A DNA stretch of 64,000 bases from an uncultured delta proteobacterium (GTDB lineage Bacteria; Myxococcota; Myxococcia; Myxococcales; Anaeromyxobacteraceae). The notes under the pieces were generated by a model. The model had not been told where the DNA came from. It saw only the letters and a program-made list of their open reading frames with translations, and searched no databases. Location of the stretch: positions 96,001 to 160,000 of the forward strand of contig CAWHDZ010000034.1 of the NCBI GenBank assembly GCA_963828255.1, given 5' to 3'. Position numbers and translations under genes: made by a program. Of the stretch, positions 12,236 to 22,018 are shown one piece after another. Within the stretch, counting starts at the first letter, position 1; each line of letters opens with the position of its first letter.

Positions 12236-13773
12236 AACCGCTCCACCTGGATCCCGAACTTGGCGACCCGGTAGCGAAGCTGGCGCACGGTCATTCCGAG
12301 CAGCCGCGCGGCGCGCGCCTGCACGTGCCCCGCCCGCTCCAGCGCGTTCAGGATGCGCTCCTGTTCCGAGTCCCCGGAGTCGACGACCCGATCCGGGACG
12401 GCGAGGCTTTCGGCCCGCGGCTCCGGCGGCGCCTCGCAGGGGGGCGTCGTGGCGCGGAGCCAGTCGAGGTCGTCGGCCGAGACCGGACCCTGCCCGTGGG
12501 AGACGGTGAGCCGCTCCAGCACGTTGCGCAGCTGCCGCACGTTTCCCGGCCAGTCGTAGCGGCCCAGGGCCGCCATGGCCTCGCGGGAGAGGGACAGGCG
12601 ACGGCCGTGCTCCCGCTCCAGGTCGGCGAGCAGGAAGTCCACCAGGACCGGCACGTCGTCGCGCCGCTGCCGGAGCGGCGGGAGGACGATCTCCACCACC
12701 TGCAGCCGGTGGTAGAGGTCGATGCGGAACGACCCGCTCCGCACCGCCTCCTCCAGGTCCCGGTTGGTGGCGGCCACGAGGCGCACGTCCACGGTGATGC
12801 TCCGCGTCCCGCCCACCCGCTCGAACTGCCGCTCCTGGATGGCGCGCAGGAGCTTCACCTGCGCCGGGAGGGGAAGCTCCCCCACCTCGTCGAGGAAGAG
12901 CGTCCCGCCGTCGGCCAGCTCGAAGCGGCCGGCGCGCGCGGCGGCCGCCCCGGTGAAGGCCCCGCGCTCGTGGCCGAAGAGCTCGCTCTCCAGCAGGGCC
13001 TCGGGCAGCGCCCCGCAGTTCACCGCCACGAAGGGGCGGCCGGCCCGCGGCCCCTCGTCGTGGATGGCGCGGGCCACCACCTCCTTGCCCGTGCCGCTCT
13101 CGCCGCGGAGCAGCACCGTGGCCCGGCTCTGCGCCACCCGATCCACCACGTCGAGGACGCGGCGCCACGCCGTGCTTCCCCCGATGGCTCCGGGGAAGCG
13201 GTCGCGGCCGGCCACGAGCACCGGGGAGTCGTTGCGCGCCCGGACCAGGGGATTCTCGGCGCGGTGCAGCCGCACCCGGGTGGCCAGCATCGAGGCGACG
13301 GTGGTGAGCACGCGCAGGTCGGCGTCGAAGGAGAAGGGGCCGGCCGCCCAGCGGCGCTCGGCGGTCAGCACACCCAGCGTGGATCGGACCTCGCGGAGCG
13401 GGACGGCGTAGAGGGCCCGCGGTTCGCGCGACCTGCCGCGCCAGCTCCCGGTCCGATCGAGGAAGGCCGGCTCGTCGGCGAGGTCGGGGATGGCCACCGG
13501 CAGGCCGGTGTGGAAGACCCGGCCGACGATCCCCTCCCCGGGGCGCAGCCGCCCCAGGATGCGCTCCTCGTCGGGCATCTCCGGCGCCGCCTCGATGAAG
13601 ACCTCCCCGGTCACCGGGTCGAAGAGCGAGACGGTTCCGTTCTCCAGTTCCAGGTGCGATCGCAGGATCTGGAGCACCGTGGTGAAGGCCTTGGACAGGT
13701 CGGTCGCCAGCACGAGAAGCTGCCCGATGTCGTGAAGCGCCTCGACGGCGACGGCTGCGCGCCGGGGGTCCAT
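12232..13773 (-). CDS. nifA: NifA-type sigma54 enhancer-binding protein (GAF-AAA+-HTH)
   Basis: GAF domain (GEGIVGRV, EPAFLDRT), GESGTGKE, ESELFGHERGAFTGA, WPGNVRQL, C-terminal HTH; next to nifH with a UAS. Confidence 0.85.
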
Positions 13774-13785
13774 GGAGCGAGAGGG

Positions 13786-13802
13786 AGCAACTTGGGTGCC
13801 AA
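13786..13802 (-). promoter_or_regulatory. sigma54 promoter of nifA
   Basis: Minus strand TTGGCACCCAAGTTGCT, a near-perfect consensus. Confidence 0.8.
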
Positions 13803-13929
13803 CCCGCGGAGCACCGGTCTTGCAAAGGAAGCCTGTCCTGGGCCGATCGGCGACGACCGACCGGCCCGGCTGCCCGCTTTCCCGGCGGGCCGACACGAAA
13901 GCCTGCCTGCCCGGCGGGCAGGGGTGGGC

Positions 13930-14721
13930 TTGAACCTCACGTCGTTCAACCGGTGCAACCTCCCGCCCTGGGCCATCGCGTCGCGCGACTTCGACGAGAA
14001 CCCGCGCCCGCTCGAGGTGCAGGGCGTCCGGGCGGAGAACCGCTTCCTCTTCGACCTGCTCGAGCGGATCGACGACCCCGACGAGCGCGGCCGGCGCTTC
14101 GACGACTGGATGAACGTGCGCTTCCAGCTCCACCAGTGGGAGGCCCAGGAGACGGCCGGCGCGCGCCGCAGCCTCCGCAACGGCTACCCGCGCTTCCTGC
14201 GCGGCTGGGGAGTCGATTCCAGCTCGGTGGAGGGGGCCGTGCTGAAGGGCTGGGTGGAGAGCCGCATGGGCATCCCGCCCACCTTCCACCGCGAGCCGCT
14301 CGGTGACGCCGAGTCGCCCTCCCGGGAACGCTACGTGGCCGACCGGACCCGCGGCCACGCCAGGACGAGCGCCATCGACGCCCAGCTCGACCTGCTCTAC
14401 ACGTACACCCAGTACGAGCTCTCGCGCCGCCATCCCGGGGAGCGCTGGATCACCCTGTGGCGCGGGCAGAACCGGCTCGAGGACCACGACGTGGTGGAGG
14501 AGATCGGACGGCGCGAGTGGGTGCTGCGCATGAACAACCTCTGCTCCTTCACCGACGACCAGGAGCGGGCCTGGGAGTTCGGCGACGCCGTCCTGGAGGC
14601 CCGGCTGGCGAGGGGGCGCGTCTTCTTCGCCGGCCACTTCCTGCCCCGGTCGGTGCTGCGCGGCGAGCGCGAGCTCCTCGTGGTGGGCGGGGAGATCCGG
14701 GTGCGGCGGCTCCTGGCCTAG
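13930..14721 (+). CDS. draT: NAD+-dinitrogen-reductase ADP-ribosyltransferase DraT (TTG start; GTG at 13924 is an alternative)
   Basis: NRCNLPPWAIAS, LRGWGVDSSSVEGAVLKGWVESRMG, QLDLLY, NNLCSFT, EFGD, GERE motifs. Confidence 0.93.
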   Translation: MNLTSFNRCNLPPWAIASRDFDENPRPLEVQGVRAENRFLFDLLERIDDPDERGRRFDDWMNVRFQLHQWEAQETAGARRSLRNGYPRFLRGWGVDSSSVEGAVLKGWVESRMGIPPTFHREPLGDAESPSRERYVADRTRGHARTSAIDAQLDLLYTYTQYELSRRHPGERWITLWRGQNRLEDHDVVEEIGRREWVLRMNNLCSFTDDQERAWEFGDAVLEARLARGRVFFAGHFLPRSVLRGERELLVVGGEIRVRRLLA

Positions 14722-15635
14722 GGATCCGGCGGCTCCCCCTGGCCGAGCGGCGACAGGGCCACCAGCCGTTCGGCGAGCCACTCCGCCTCCTCCCGCACCT
14801 CGGGGTCGAGCCGCGTGAGCCACCGCCGCGGGATCTCGTCCGGGCCGTAGTAGGCCCCGGCGATGGCTCCGGCGATGGCTCCGTTGGTGTCGGCGTCGCC
14901 GCCCCGGTTCACCACGCCGACGAGCGTCTCCTCGAAGCCGCGCGAGGCATGCAGGTGGTGGAGCACGGTGGCGATGGTCTCCACCACGTAGCCCCCCGAC
15001 AGCCCGCGGTATGGGGAGAAGGCGAACTCGGGAAGGGCCCGCACGAAGGCCTCGGAGGCCCGGCGGAGGCGCGGCAGGCCCAGCCCCAGGCAGGAGAGGT
15101 GGAGGAGCTCGCCCACGTGCACGCAGGCGGCGTCGGAGAGCGGGTGGTGGTGGGTGAGGCGCCCCTGCTCGACCGCTGCGCGGCGCATGGCCTCGTGGTC
15201 GGCCAGGGTGGCGAGGGCCACCGGCAGCATCCGCATGGCGGCGCCGTTGCCCGCGTCGCCGGGGCTGGGCTCCCCCGTGAGCGTGCCCTCCACGACGAAG
15301 CGGCGCAGTCCCCGCCGCACGGTGTTGCCCACGTCGGCGGGGCCGGTGCGCAACCAGGCGGCCAGGTGGACCGCCGAGCGGCGCAGGTCCCAGCCGCCGC
15401 CGTTCGCGATGGCGCGCCCCATCCAGATCGACATCTGGGTGTCGTCGGTGACGGCTCCGGGTCGGAGGCGCAACCATCCGCCGCCGGTGATCTCCCGGTG
15501 AACCCCGTGAAGGGCGCGGATCTCGCCGGGGAGCATGAACTCGACCGTGGCGCCCAGCGCGTCGCCCAGGGCGAGCCCCAGGAAGGCCCCGCGGGCCCGT
15601 TCGCGGACGTCGTCCATGCCGGGGAGGAAGGTCAT
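14718..15635 (-). CDS. draG: ADP-ribosyl-[dinitrogen reductase] hydrolase DraG
   Basis: [37 protein letters not shown]. Confidence 0.95.
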   Translation of the reverse strand: MTFLPGMDDVRERARGAFLGLALGDALGATVEFMLPGEIRALHGVHREITGGGWLRLRPGAVTDDTQMSIWMGRAIANGGGWDLRRSAVHLAAWLRTGPADVGNTVRRGLRRFVVEGTLTGEPSPGDAGNGAAMRMLPVALATLADHEAMRRAAVEQGRLTHHHPLSDAACVHVGELLHLSCLGLGLPRLRRASEAFVRALPEFAFSPYRGLSGGYVVETIATVLHHLHASRGFEETLVGVVNRGGDADTNGAIAGAIAGAYYGPDEIPRRWLTRLDPEVREEAEWLAERLVALSPLGQGEPPDP

Positions 15636-15647
15636 CCCCCTGGCCGT

Positions 15648-15664
15648 TGCGAATGTCGGGCCAG
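15648..15664 (-). promoter_or_regulatory. Probable sigma54 promoter of draG
   Basis: Minus strand CTGGCCCGACATTCGCA = GG-N10-GC. Confidence 0.6.
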
Positions 15665-15771
15665 CGTCCGCGGAGCCCTCACCTGTCAGATCGGGTTGCT
15701 ACCTTTCCCCTCGCATCGTCCCGCTCGAACAATCCGCTCGCAGCCAGGCGACGAAATGGAAGGGTTTCGCC

Positions 15772-16251
15772 ATGGTCAACAAGGTCATCCTCATCGGGAA
15801 CCTGGGCAAGGATCCCGAGGTCCGCTACACCGCAGGCGGCCAGGCCGTCGCCAACCTGCGCATCGCCACCTCCCGCTCCTGGACCGACAAGGCGTCGGGG
15901 CAGAAGAAGGAGGAGACCGAGTGGCATGACGTCGAGGTCTGGGGCAAGCAGGCCGAGCAGGTCGGCGAGTACCTGGCCAAGGGGCGCCAGGTCTACGTCG
16001 AGGGGCGGCTCAAGACCGACAAGTGGCAGGACAAGACCTCGGGGCAGGAGCGGTCGCGCGTGAAGATCGTCGCCGACTCGGTCCGGTTCCTCGGCGGTGG
16101 CGGCGCGGGCGCGGGCGGCGCGCGTGGAGCGGGCGGGGCGGGCGGCGGGCAGCGCGGCCCCGGTGCTCCGGACGAGGGCGGTGGTCCTCCGGCCGGCTTC
16201 GACGAGGGGCCGGGCGGCGGCGGCCCCGGCGCCGACGACATCCCGTTCTAG
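15772..16251 (+). CDS. ssb: Single-stranded DNA-binding protein
   Basis: [16 protein letters not shown]...; Gly-rich linker; DDIPF tail. Confidence 0.97.
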   Translation: MVNKVILIGNLGKDPEVRYTAGGQAVANLRIATSRSWTDKASGQKKEETEWHDVEVWGKQAEQVGEYLAKGRQVYVEGRLKTDKWQDKTSGQERSRVKIVADSVRFLGGGGAGAGGARGAGGAGGGQRGPGAPDEGGGPPAGFDEGPGGGGPGADDIPF

Positions 16252-16446
16252 GCGTGCCGGTCATAGCGCCGCCCGGTTGGCCCGAGCCCGTCGCGAGGCA
16301 CACGATGCCGTCGGCGAGCCGGGCACCCGACGACGGAGCAGCGGAGGCGTGCCAGTCAGGCACGTCGAGCAGCGGACGGAGGAGGCTGCCCGGCGCAGCA
16401 AGGCAGCGTGCGCCGCAGCAGGGATCTGGCCAACCGGTCGGCGCTC

Positions 16447-16857
16447 TCACTCCCCCGGCGGGGCGATGATGTCCAGCCGGGGGAAGTAGGTCCGGAAGCG
16501 GCTCGCGTCCCGGGTGAGGAGGCGGTGGCCGCACACGGCGGCGTGCGCGCCGATGTAGAAGTCGGGGAGCGGCGAGCGCGCTTGCCCTCCCCGTCTCCGG
16601 TAAGCCCGGAAGGCCTTTCCTGCGAGGAAGGCCGCGTCGTACGGGAGTTCCTCCCGCCTGAAGGTGCCCTCCGGCAGCAATTGATCGACATCCTCGATCC
16701 GATCGAACCCCACCGAGACCTCTGCGTAGACGATCGGGTTCACCACCAGCATCTCGACGGTGGACACGCGCTCGAGGGCTGCCCGCGACCAGGCGCCCCA
16801 CACCGGATCGTCGGTCACGACGTCGATGAGGACGTTGCTGTCGACGATGGCCGTCAC
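16447..16857 (-). CDS. vapC: VapC PIN-domain toxin
   Basis: IVDSNVLID, YAE, PDFYIGAHA, LLTRD motifs. Confidence 0.92.
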   Translation of the reverse strand: MTAIVDSNVLIDVVTDDPVWGAWSRAALERVSTVEMLVVNPIVYAEVSVGFDRIEDVDQLLPEGTFRREELPYDAAFLAGKAFRAYRRRGGQARSPLPDFYIGAHAAVCGHRLLTRDASRFRTYFPRLDIIAPPGE

Positions 16858-17090
16858 GGTTCACCGCGCGTGAGTGCCATGAGCTCGTCGGTGCTCATCC
16901 TGGGCTTCGGTCCGCTCCGCAGCAGCGCCACGATCCGGGCCCCTCGTCCCGGCGTGATCGGCTCGGGCGCCCGGCGGATGCGCACCGCGTCCCCGACCAG
17001 CTCGAACTCAACCTCCGTTCCCGGCAGGAGCCCCGCCTTCTCCCGGAATGCCTGCGGGATCGTCACCTGTCCCTTGCTGGTGATTCGCAT
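16854..17090 (-). CDS. AbrB/MazE-family antitoxin (VapB-type)
   Basis: MRITSKGQVTIP swapped-hairpin motif; 4-bp overlap with vapC. Confidence 0.9.
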   Translation of the reverse strand: MRITSKGQVTIPQAFREKAGLLPGTEVEFELVGDAVRIRRAPEPITPGRGARIVALLRSGPKPRMSTDELMALTRGEP

Positions 17091-17104
17091 GATCGGTCTC
17101 CTCT

Positions 17105-17124
17105 TACTCTTACCAGTAAGAGTA
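17105..17124. promoter_or_regulatory. Toxin-antitoxin operator palindrome
   Basis: Perfect inverted repeat TACTCTTAC-CA-GTAAGAGTA immediately upstream of the antitoxin start. Confidence 0.75.
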
Positions 17125-17152
17125 CGACCAAGCGCCGGCCCGTGCAACGCCC

Positions 17153-17824
17153 TCACCTCCTCCACCTCCCCGCCTCGACGAAGCTGAAGTAGCCCCCGGC
17201 GGCCACGATGACGTGATCGCGGGCCACCACCCCGACGAGCTCCGCCGCCGCGCGCAACCGCTCGGTGAGGTCGGCGTCCTCGGCGGAGGGCGAGGGGTCT
17301 CCCGACGGGTGGTTGTGGACGAAGATCACGCCGTGGGCCCCGTCGCGGACGGCGGGCCGGAGCGCGTCGCGGGGCGAGACCGGGCACTGGGTGAGCGACC
17401 CCTCGGCCACCCGCTCGGCCCGGATGAGCCGCCCCCGGACGTCGAGCATCACCACGTGGAAGCACTCCCGGTCGGCGTGGGCGGCGGGGCGCATCAGCTC
17501 GGCCACGCGCCCGGGCTCGAGCACGCGCTCCCCCCGTCGCGGCGGGGCCCAGGCCCCGCGCCGCCCCAGCTCGAAGGCGGCCGCCAGCGCCGCGGCGCGC
17601 GCCGGCCCCACGCCGGGGTGGACGGCCAGCGCCTCGGGAGGGCACCAGGCCAGCTCGGGCACCGGCGACGACTCCACCATCCGGAGGGCCGCGGCCCGCG
17701 CCGAGAGGCGCCCGGACCCCGTGCCCAGCACCAGCGCCACCAGCTCCGCGTCGGAGAGCACCGACGGGCCCGAGGCGAGCATCCGCTCGCGGGGGCCGTC
17801 CACGATCCAGGTTCCGGAACGCAT
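17153..17824 (-). CDS. radC: RadC-family JAB domain protein
   Basis: PRERML, LSDAELVALVLG, HhH GVGPA, HNHPSGDPSPS.ED, DHVIV. Confidence 0.93.
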   Translation of the reverse strand: MRSGTWIVDGPRERMLASGPSVLSDAELVALVLGTGSGRLSARAAALRMVESSPVPELAWCPPEALAVHPGVGPARAAALAAAFELGRRGAWAPPRRGERVLEPGRVAELMRPAAHADRECFHVVMLDVRGRLIRAERVAEGSLTQCPVSPRDALRPAVRDGAHGVIFVHNHPSGDPSPSAEDADLTERLRAAAELVGVVARDHVIVAAGGYFSFVEAGRWRR

Positions 17825-17927
17825 GCGGCGGCGAGACGGAGCAACCTCCGTACCCGCCGCCGATGGTCGATCGACTGGAGTCCGTGCCGGCCACGGGGGC
17901 GCGGCGCGGACTCCCGGTGCGTCCCGG

Positions 17928-18518
17928 CTACTTCTTGGGGAGGACGAGCTCGGCCTGGATGTCGAGCTTCACCTCGTCGCCGACGATGGCCGCAGGACCG
18001 TAGGACACCCCGAAGTCCTTGCGGTTCAGCTTGCCGGTGACGGAGACGCCCCGGCGGCTGTTGCCCTGGGGGTCGGTGATGGCGTTCGTGATCGCGCCCT
18101 CGAGGGTGACGGGCTTGGTGACGCCGCGCATGGTGAGGTCCCCGGTCACGGTGATGGCGCCGTCCTTGCCGGCCACGACCTTCGTGGACTTGAAGGCCAG
18201 GGTGGGGAACTTCGCCACGTCGAAGAAGTCAGCCGCCTTGAGGTGGTTGTCGCGCTTCTCGTCGCGCGTGTTGATGGAGCCGGCCTCGATGGTCACCTCG
18301 ATGCTCGACTTCGAGAGGTCCGCCTCGTCGACCTGCGCCTTGCCGGAGAGCTTGCCGAACTCGCCCTTCACGTCGGAGATGACGAGGTGCTTCACGCTGA
18401 AGCCGGCGCGGGTGTGCGAGCCGTCGACGTTCCAGGTGGTGGCCTGGGCGGAGGCCAGGGCGGGGGCCAGGGCGAGCGCCAGGGCGGTGATGCGGGTCAT
18501 CCGGTTCGTGAGGTTCAT
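17928..18518 (-). CDS. yceI: YceI-family periplasmic protein
   Basis: Signal peptide; WNVDGSH, SINT, RDNHL, LNRKDFG. Confidence 0.93.
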   Translation of the reverse strand: MNLTNRMTRITALALALAPALASAQATTWNVDGSHTRAGFSVKHLVISDVKGEFGKLSGKAQVDEADLSKSSIEVTIEAGSINTRDEKRDNHLKAADFFDVAKFPTLAFKSTKVVAGKDGAITVTGDLTMRGVTKPVTLEGAITNAITDPQGNSRRGVSVTGKLNRKDFGVSYGPAAIVGDEVKLDIQAELVLPKK

Positions 18519-18838
18519 GTGCGGCTTCTCCTGTGTGGTTTGGACTTCCTGGGTGGGGCGAAGGTCTTGCCGAGGAGCGCGGCGTGCGCGCCGAGCGCGT
18601 CGCCCCGCAGGCTGTACCAGCCGTGCTGCCCCTCGCGGCGCACCGAGACCAGCCCGGCCCCGGCGAGGATCTTCAGGTGGTGCGAGACGGTGGCCTGCGA
18701 GACCGGGAAGAGGGTGACCAGGTCCTTGCAGCAGATCTCGCCCGCGGCGGCGATGCGGCGCAGCAGGTCGAGCCGGGTGGAATCTCCCAGGGCCTTGGCC
18801 ACGCGCACCAGGCGCTCGCTCGCCGTGTCCATCGACAT
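18515..18838 (-). CDS. ArsR/SmtB transcriptional regulator
   Basis: KALGDSTRL, ICC, SQATVSHHLKIL. Confidence 0.92.
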   Translation of the reverse strand: MSMDTASERLVRVAKALGDSTRLDLLRRIAAAGEICCKDLVTLFPVSQATVSHHLKILAGAGLVSVRREGQHGWYSLRGDALGAHAALLGKTFAPPRKSKPHRRSRT

Positions 18839-18913
18839 ATCGATATGCGTCGATGTAATGCGGCGCGGCGCGCCGTCAAGCGGATCGACCGGCCGAGCCC
18901 GTCCAGGCCCTGA

Positions 18914-20002
18914 TCAGGAGGCGAGGAACCGCTCCAGGGCCAGGTAGGCGGCCTCGATGGCGGCCACCTCCACCCACTCGCCCCGCTGGTGCGCCTGGGC
19001 CGTCACGCCAGGCCCGAAGTTCACCGCCGGGATCCCGGCCGCGGCCAGCCGGGCCACGTCGGTCCAGGCCTGCTTGGGCTCGACCGCGAGGCCGCCCCGC
19101 TCGCGCAGCCGGGCCACCAGCGGGTGGTCGGCGAAGGCCGGGCAGGACGGGGCCCGGTCGGTCACCACCACGGCCGCGCCGTGGCGCCGGCCCAGCTCCT
19201 CGACCTCCCGGACCGCGTCCTCCACGGAGCGGTCGGGGGCGAAGCGCAGGTTCACGTTCAGCGTGCAGGCGTCCGGGATCACGTTGCGGGCCCGCCCCCC
19301 CTCGACACGGGTGACCGACGTCACCTCGCGGAAGGGCAACCCCCCCGAGACGGCGTCGCGCGGCGCGCGGGCCTGGAGCTCGACGAGCAGCGCCCCGGCC
19401 CGGTGCACGGCGTTCTCGCCCTGCCAGGGGCGCGCCGAGTGGGCCGCACGCCCGGTGAAGGTGAGGGTGGCGTGGAGCGATCCAACGCAGCCCAGCGCCA
19501 GCCGCCCGTCGGTGGGCTCGAGGCAGACGGCCAGCGCCGCGCCGTGCAGCTCCGGCGATCGCTCCAGCAGGGGGCCGAGCTCGTTCTCGAGGTAGGGCCC
19601 CTCCTCGCGGGAGTAGAGCACCAGCGCCAGGTCGGCGATGCGGGCCTCCCGGGGCAGGCGCGCGGCCAGCTCCATCGCCACCGCCAGCCCGGACTTCATG
19701 TCCGACGCGCCGGGCGCGACGATGCGCCCGCCCTCGCGGCGCGGCGGGCCGCGGTCCTCGGGGTGCACCGGAACCGTGTCGAGGTGGCCGCACAGGGCCA
19801 GGAGCGGCCGGTCGGCGCCGGCCGGTCCGGGCGGATCTACCATCACGACGAGTGAATTCTCCACCCGGCGGACGTGGGGGAAGCGCCCCCGCGCCCAGCT
19901 CTCCAGGTCGTCACAGAGCACCCGCTCCTCGCCGATGGGCGAGGGCACGGCGCAGAGCGCCTCGGTGCGCGCGGAGAGCGCCTCGCCGAGCGGGACCGTC
20001 AC
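18914..20002 (-). CDS. dapE: Succinyl-diaminopimelate desuccinylase
   Basis: M20 motifs GHLDTVP, DMK, REE, HSARPW, WTDV; in an operon with dapD/dapC. Confidence 0.9.
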   Translation of the reverse strand: MTVPLGEALSARTEALCAVPSPIGEERVLCDDLESWARGRFPHVRRVENSLVVMVDPPGPAGADRPLLALCGHLDTVPVHPEDRGPPRREGGRIVAPGASDMKSGLAVAMELAARLPREARIADLALVLYSREEGPYLENELGPLLERSPELHGAALAVCLEPTDGRLALGCVGSLHATLTFTGRAAHSARPWQGENAVHRAGALLVELQARAPRDAVSGGLPFREVTSVTRVEGGRARNVIPDACTLNVNLRFAPDRSVEDAVREVEELGRRHGAAVVVTDRAPSCPAFADHPLVARLRERGGLAVEPKQAWTDVARLAAAGIPAVNFGPGVTAQAHQRGEWVEVAAIEAAYLALERFLAS

Positions 20003-20838
20003 GCCGAGACCTCGAACTCCCGCAGGGCGTCGTTGAGCGACACCTTCTTGTCGGTGGCCTCGCTGCGCCGCCCCACGATGAGGGCGCAGGGGATCTGGTA
20101 GGTGCCCGCCGGGTATCTCTTGGGGCGCGTCCCGGGGATGACCACCGAGCGGGCCGGGACCCGCTTCTTCAGCACCACCTCGGACGGGCCGGTGACGTCG
20201 ATGATGGGCGTGGAGCCGGTGATGACCACGTTGGCGCCCAGCACCGACCCCTCCTCGACCAGCACCCCCTCGACCAGGATGCAGCGGCTGCCGATGAAGC
20301 AGTCGTCCTCGATGATGTTGGGGCGGGCTCCGGGCGGCTCGAGCACGCCGCCGATTCCCACGCCGCCGGCCAGGTGCACGTTCTCCCCCACCTGCGCGCA
20401 GGACCCCACCGTGGCCCAGGTGTCCACCATCGTGCCCCTGCCCACGCGGGCGCCGATGTTCACGAAGCCGGGCAGGACCACCGCCCCGGGCGCCACGTAG
20501 GCCCCGTAGCGGACGATGCCGCCGGGCACGATGCGGATGCCGGCCATTTCCAGATCTTTCTTGAGCGGGATCTTGTCACGGATCTGGAAGGGGCCGTAGT
20601 CCTGGGTCTCCATGGTGGTGACGGCGAAGTAGAGGTTCACGGCCTGCATGAGCCAGCCGTTCACGGCCCACTCGCCCCCGGCCTTCTCGGCCACCCGCAA
20701 TTCTCCCCGGTCGAGCCCGGCCACCGCGGCCAGCACCGCCTCCCGGTGTGCCGGGTCGGAAAGCCTCGACCGGTCGGCCCAGGCCGCCTCCACGAGACGC
20801 CGCACCCCGTCCACCGCCGTCACCGGACCGTTCGCCAT
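19999..20838 (-). CDS. dapD: Tetrahydrodipicolinate N-succinyltransferase
   Basis: DKIPLK, MVDTWATVGSCAQVG, GIGGVLEP, LNDALR. Confidence 0.96.
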   Translation of the reverse strand: MANGPVTAVDGVRRLVEAAWADRSRLSDPAHREAVLAAVAGLDRGELRVAEKAGGEWAVNGWLMQAVNLYFAVTTMETQDYGPFQIRDKIPLKKDLEMAGIRIVPGGIVRYGAYVAPGAVVLPGFVNIGARVGRGTMVDTWATVGSCAQVGENVHLAGGVGIGGVLEPPGARPNIIEDDCFIGSRCILVEGVLVEEGSVLGANVVITGSTPIIDVTGPSEVVLKKRVPARSVVIPGTRPKRYPAGTYQIPCALIVGRRSEATDKKVSLNDALREFEVSA

Positions 20839-21968
20839 CGCTCGATCGCCTCCTCGATGTCCTGCATGGTCGGAACCAGGCTCACCCGGACGAACCCCTC
20901 GCCGGCCGCCCCGAAGGCCGTGCCCGGCGAGACCACGATGGCCTCGTCGAGGAGGCGCGACGCGTAGGTGGCCGAGGTGTGGCCGGCCGGGACCTCCACC
21001 CAGAGGTAGAGGGTGGCTCCCGCGCCCTGCACGCGCAGTCCGTGCTCCCGGAAGAAGGCCAGGAGCCGGTCGCGCTTGCCGCGGAACACCTCGCGCCGCC
21101 CGGCCACGTGGGCATCGTCGTTCCAGGCCGCCACCGCCGCGGCCGTGACGAAGTCGGGCGAGGCCACCCCGGGGTGGGAGCGCATCCGCTTCACCTGGGC
21201 CACCAGGTCGGCGTCGCCGGCCACGAAGCCGCTGCGGTAGCCGGTCATGCCGCTGCGCTTCGAGCAGGAGTGGATCGAGAGCACGTTCTCCACCTGGATC
21301 TGCAGCATGGAGAGGGGCGGCTCGTCGAACCAGACGTCGGCGTAGCACTCGTCGGAGGCCACCACGAAGCCGTGGGCCAGCGCGGCCTTCCCGACGCGCT
21401 CCAGGTAGTCGCGCGGGGCCACCGCTCCGGTGGGGTTGTGGGGGTAGCTCACCCAGAGGATCAGGGTCTCGTCGAGCAGCGCCGGGGGGAGGTCGGAGGG
21501 CTCCAGCAGGAACCCGTTCCCGGCCCGCAGCGGGACCTTCACCGGCTCGAGGCCAGCCAGGCGCGCCCCGGCCTCGTAGGTGGGGTAGCCCGGGTCGGGC
21601 AGGATCACCTTCCTCCGCGCCCCCCCCCGGAAGGCGAGAGGCAGGTGGAAGATCGACTCCTTGGCCCCGGTGGCCGGGACCACCTGCCGGTCGGGGTCGA
21701 CGGCCACCCCGAAGCGGCGCGCCAGGTAGCCGGCGACGGCGGCACGGAGGGCCGGGGTCCCGAGCGGGCTCGGGTACTGGGAGACCTCCGGAACGGCGCT
21801 CCGCAGCGCTTCCCGGAGGAACGGGGGGGTCGGCTCCTTCGGATCGCCCAGGCCGAAATCGTGGAGCTTCCGTCCGGCCCGGCGCAGGGCGGCCTTCTTC
21901 TCGTCGAGATCCACCATGAGGTTCCGGGGGATGGCGTCGAGCGCGGGATTTCGGGGCGGGTTTCTCAA
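20820..21968 (-). CDS. dapC: N-succinyl-diaminopimelate aminotransferase (class I/II)
   Basis: YPHNPTG, SDECY, SCSKRSGMTGYRSG; dap operon context. Confidence 0.85.
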   Translation of the reverse strand: MRNPPRNPALDAIPRNLMVDLDEKKAALRRAGRKLHDFGLGDPKEPTPPFLREALRSAVPEVSQYPSPLGTPALRAAVAGYLARRFGVAVDPDRQVVPATGAKESIFHLPLAFRGGARRKVILPDPGYPTYEAGARLAGLEPVKVPLRAGNGFLLEPSDLPPALLDETLILWVSYPHNPTGAVAPRDYLERVGKAALAHGFVVASDECYADVWFDEPPLSMLQIQVENVLSIHSCSKRSGMTGYRSGFVAGDADLVAQVKRMRSHPGVASPDFVTAAAVAAWNDDAHVAGRREVFRGKRDRLLAFFREHGLRVQGAGATLYLWVEVPAGHTSATYASRLLDEAIVVSPGTAFGAAGEGFVRVSLVPTMQDIEEAIERWRTVR

Positions 21969-22018
21969 CGGTTCGAAAACTCCTCCATCGGCTCCGGGGC
22001 GTGCATTATAAGCGCACC

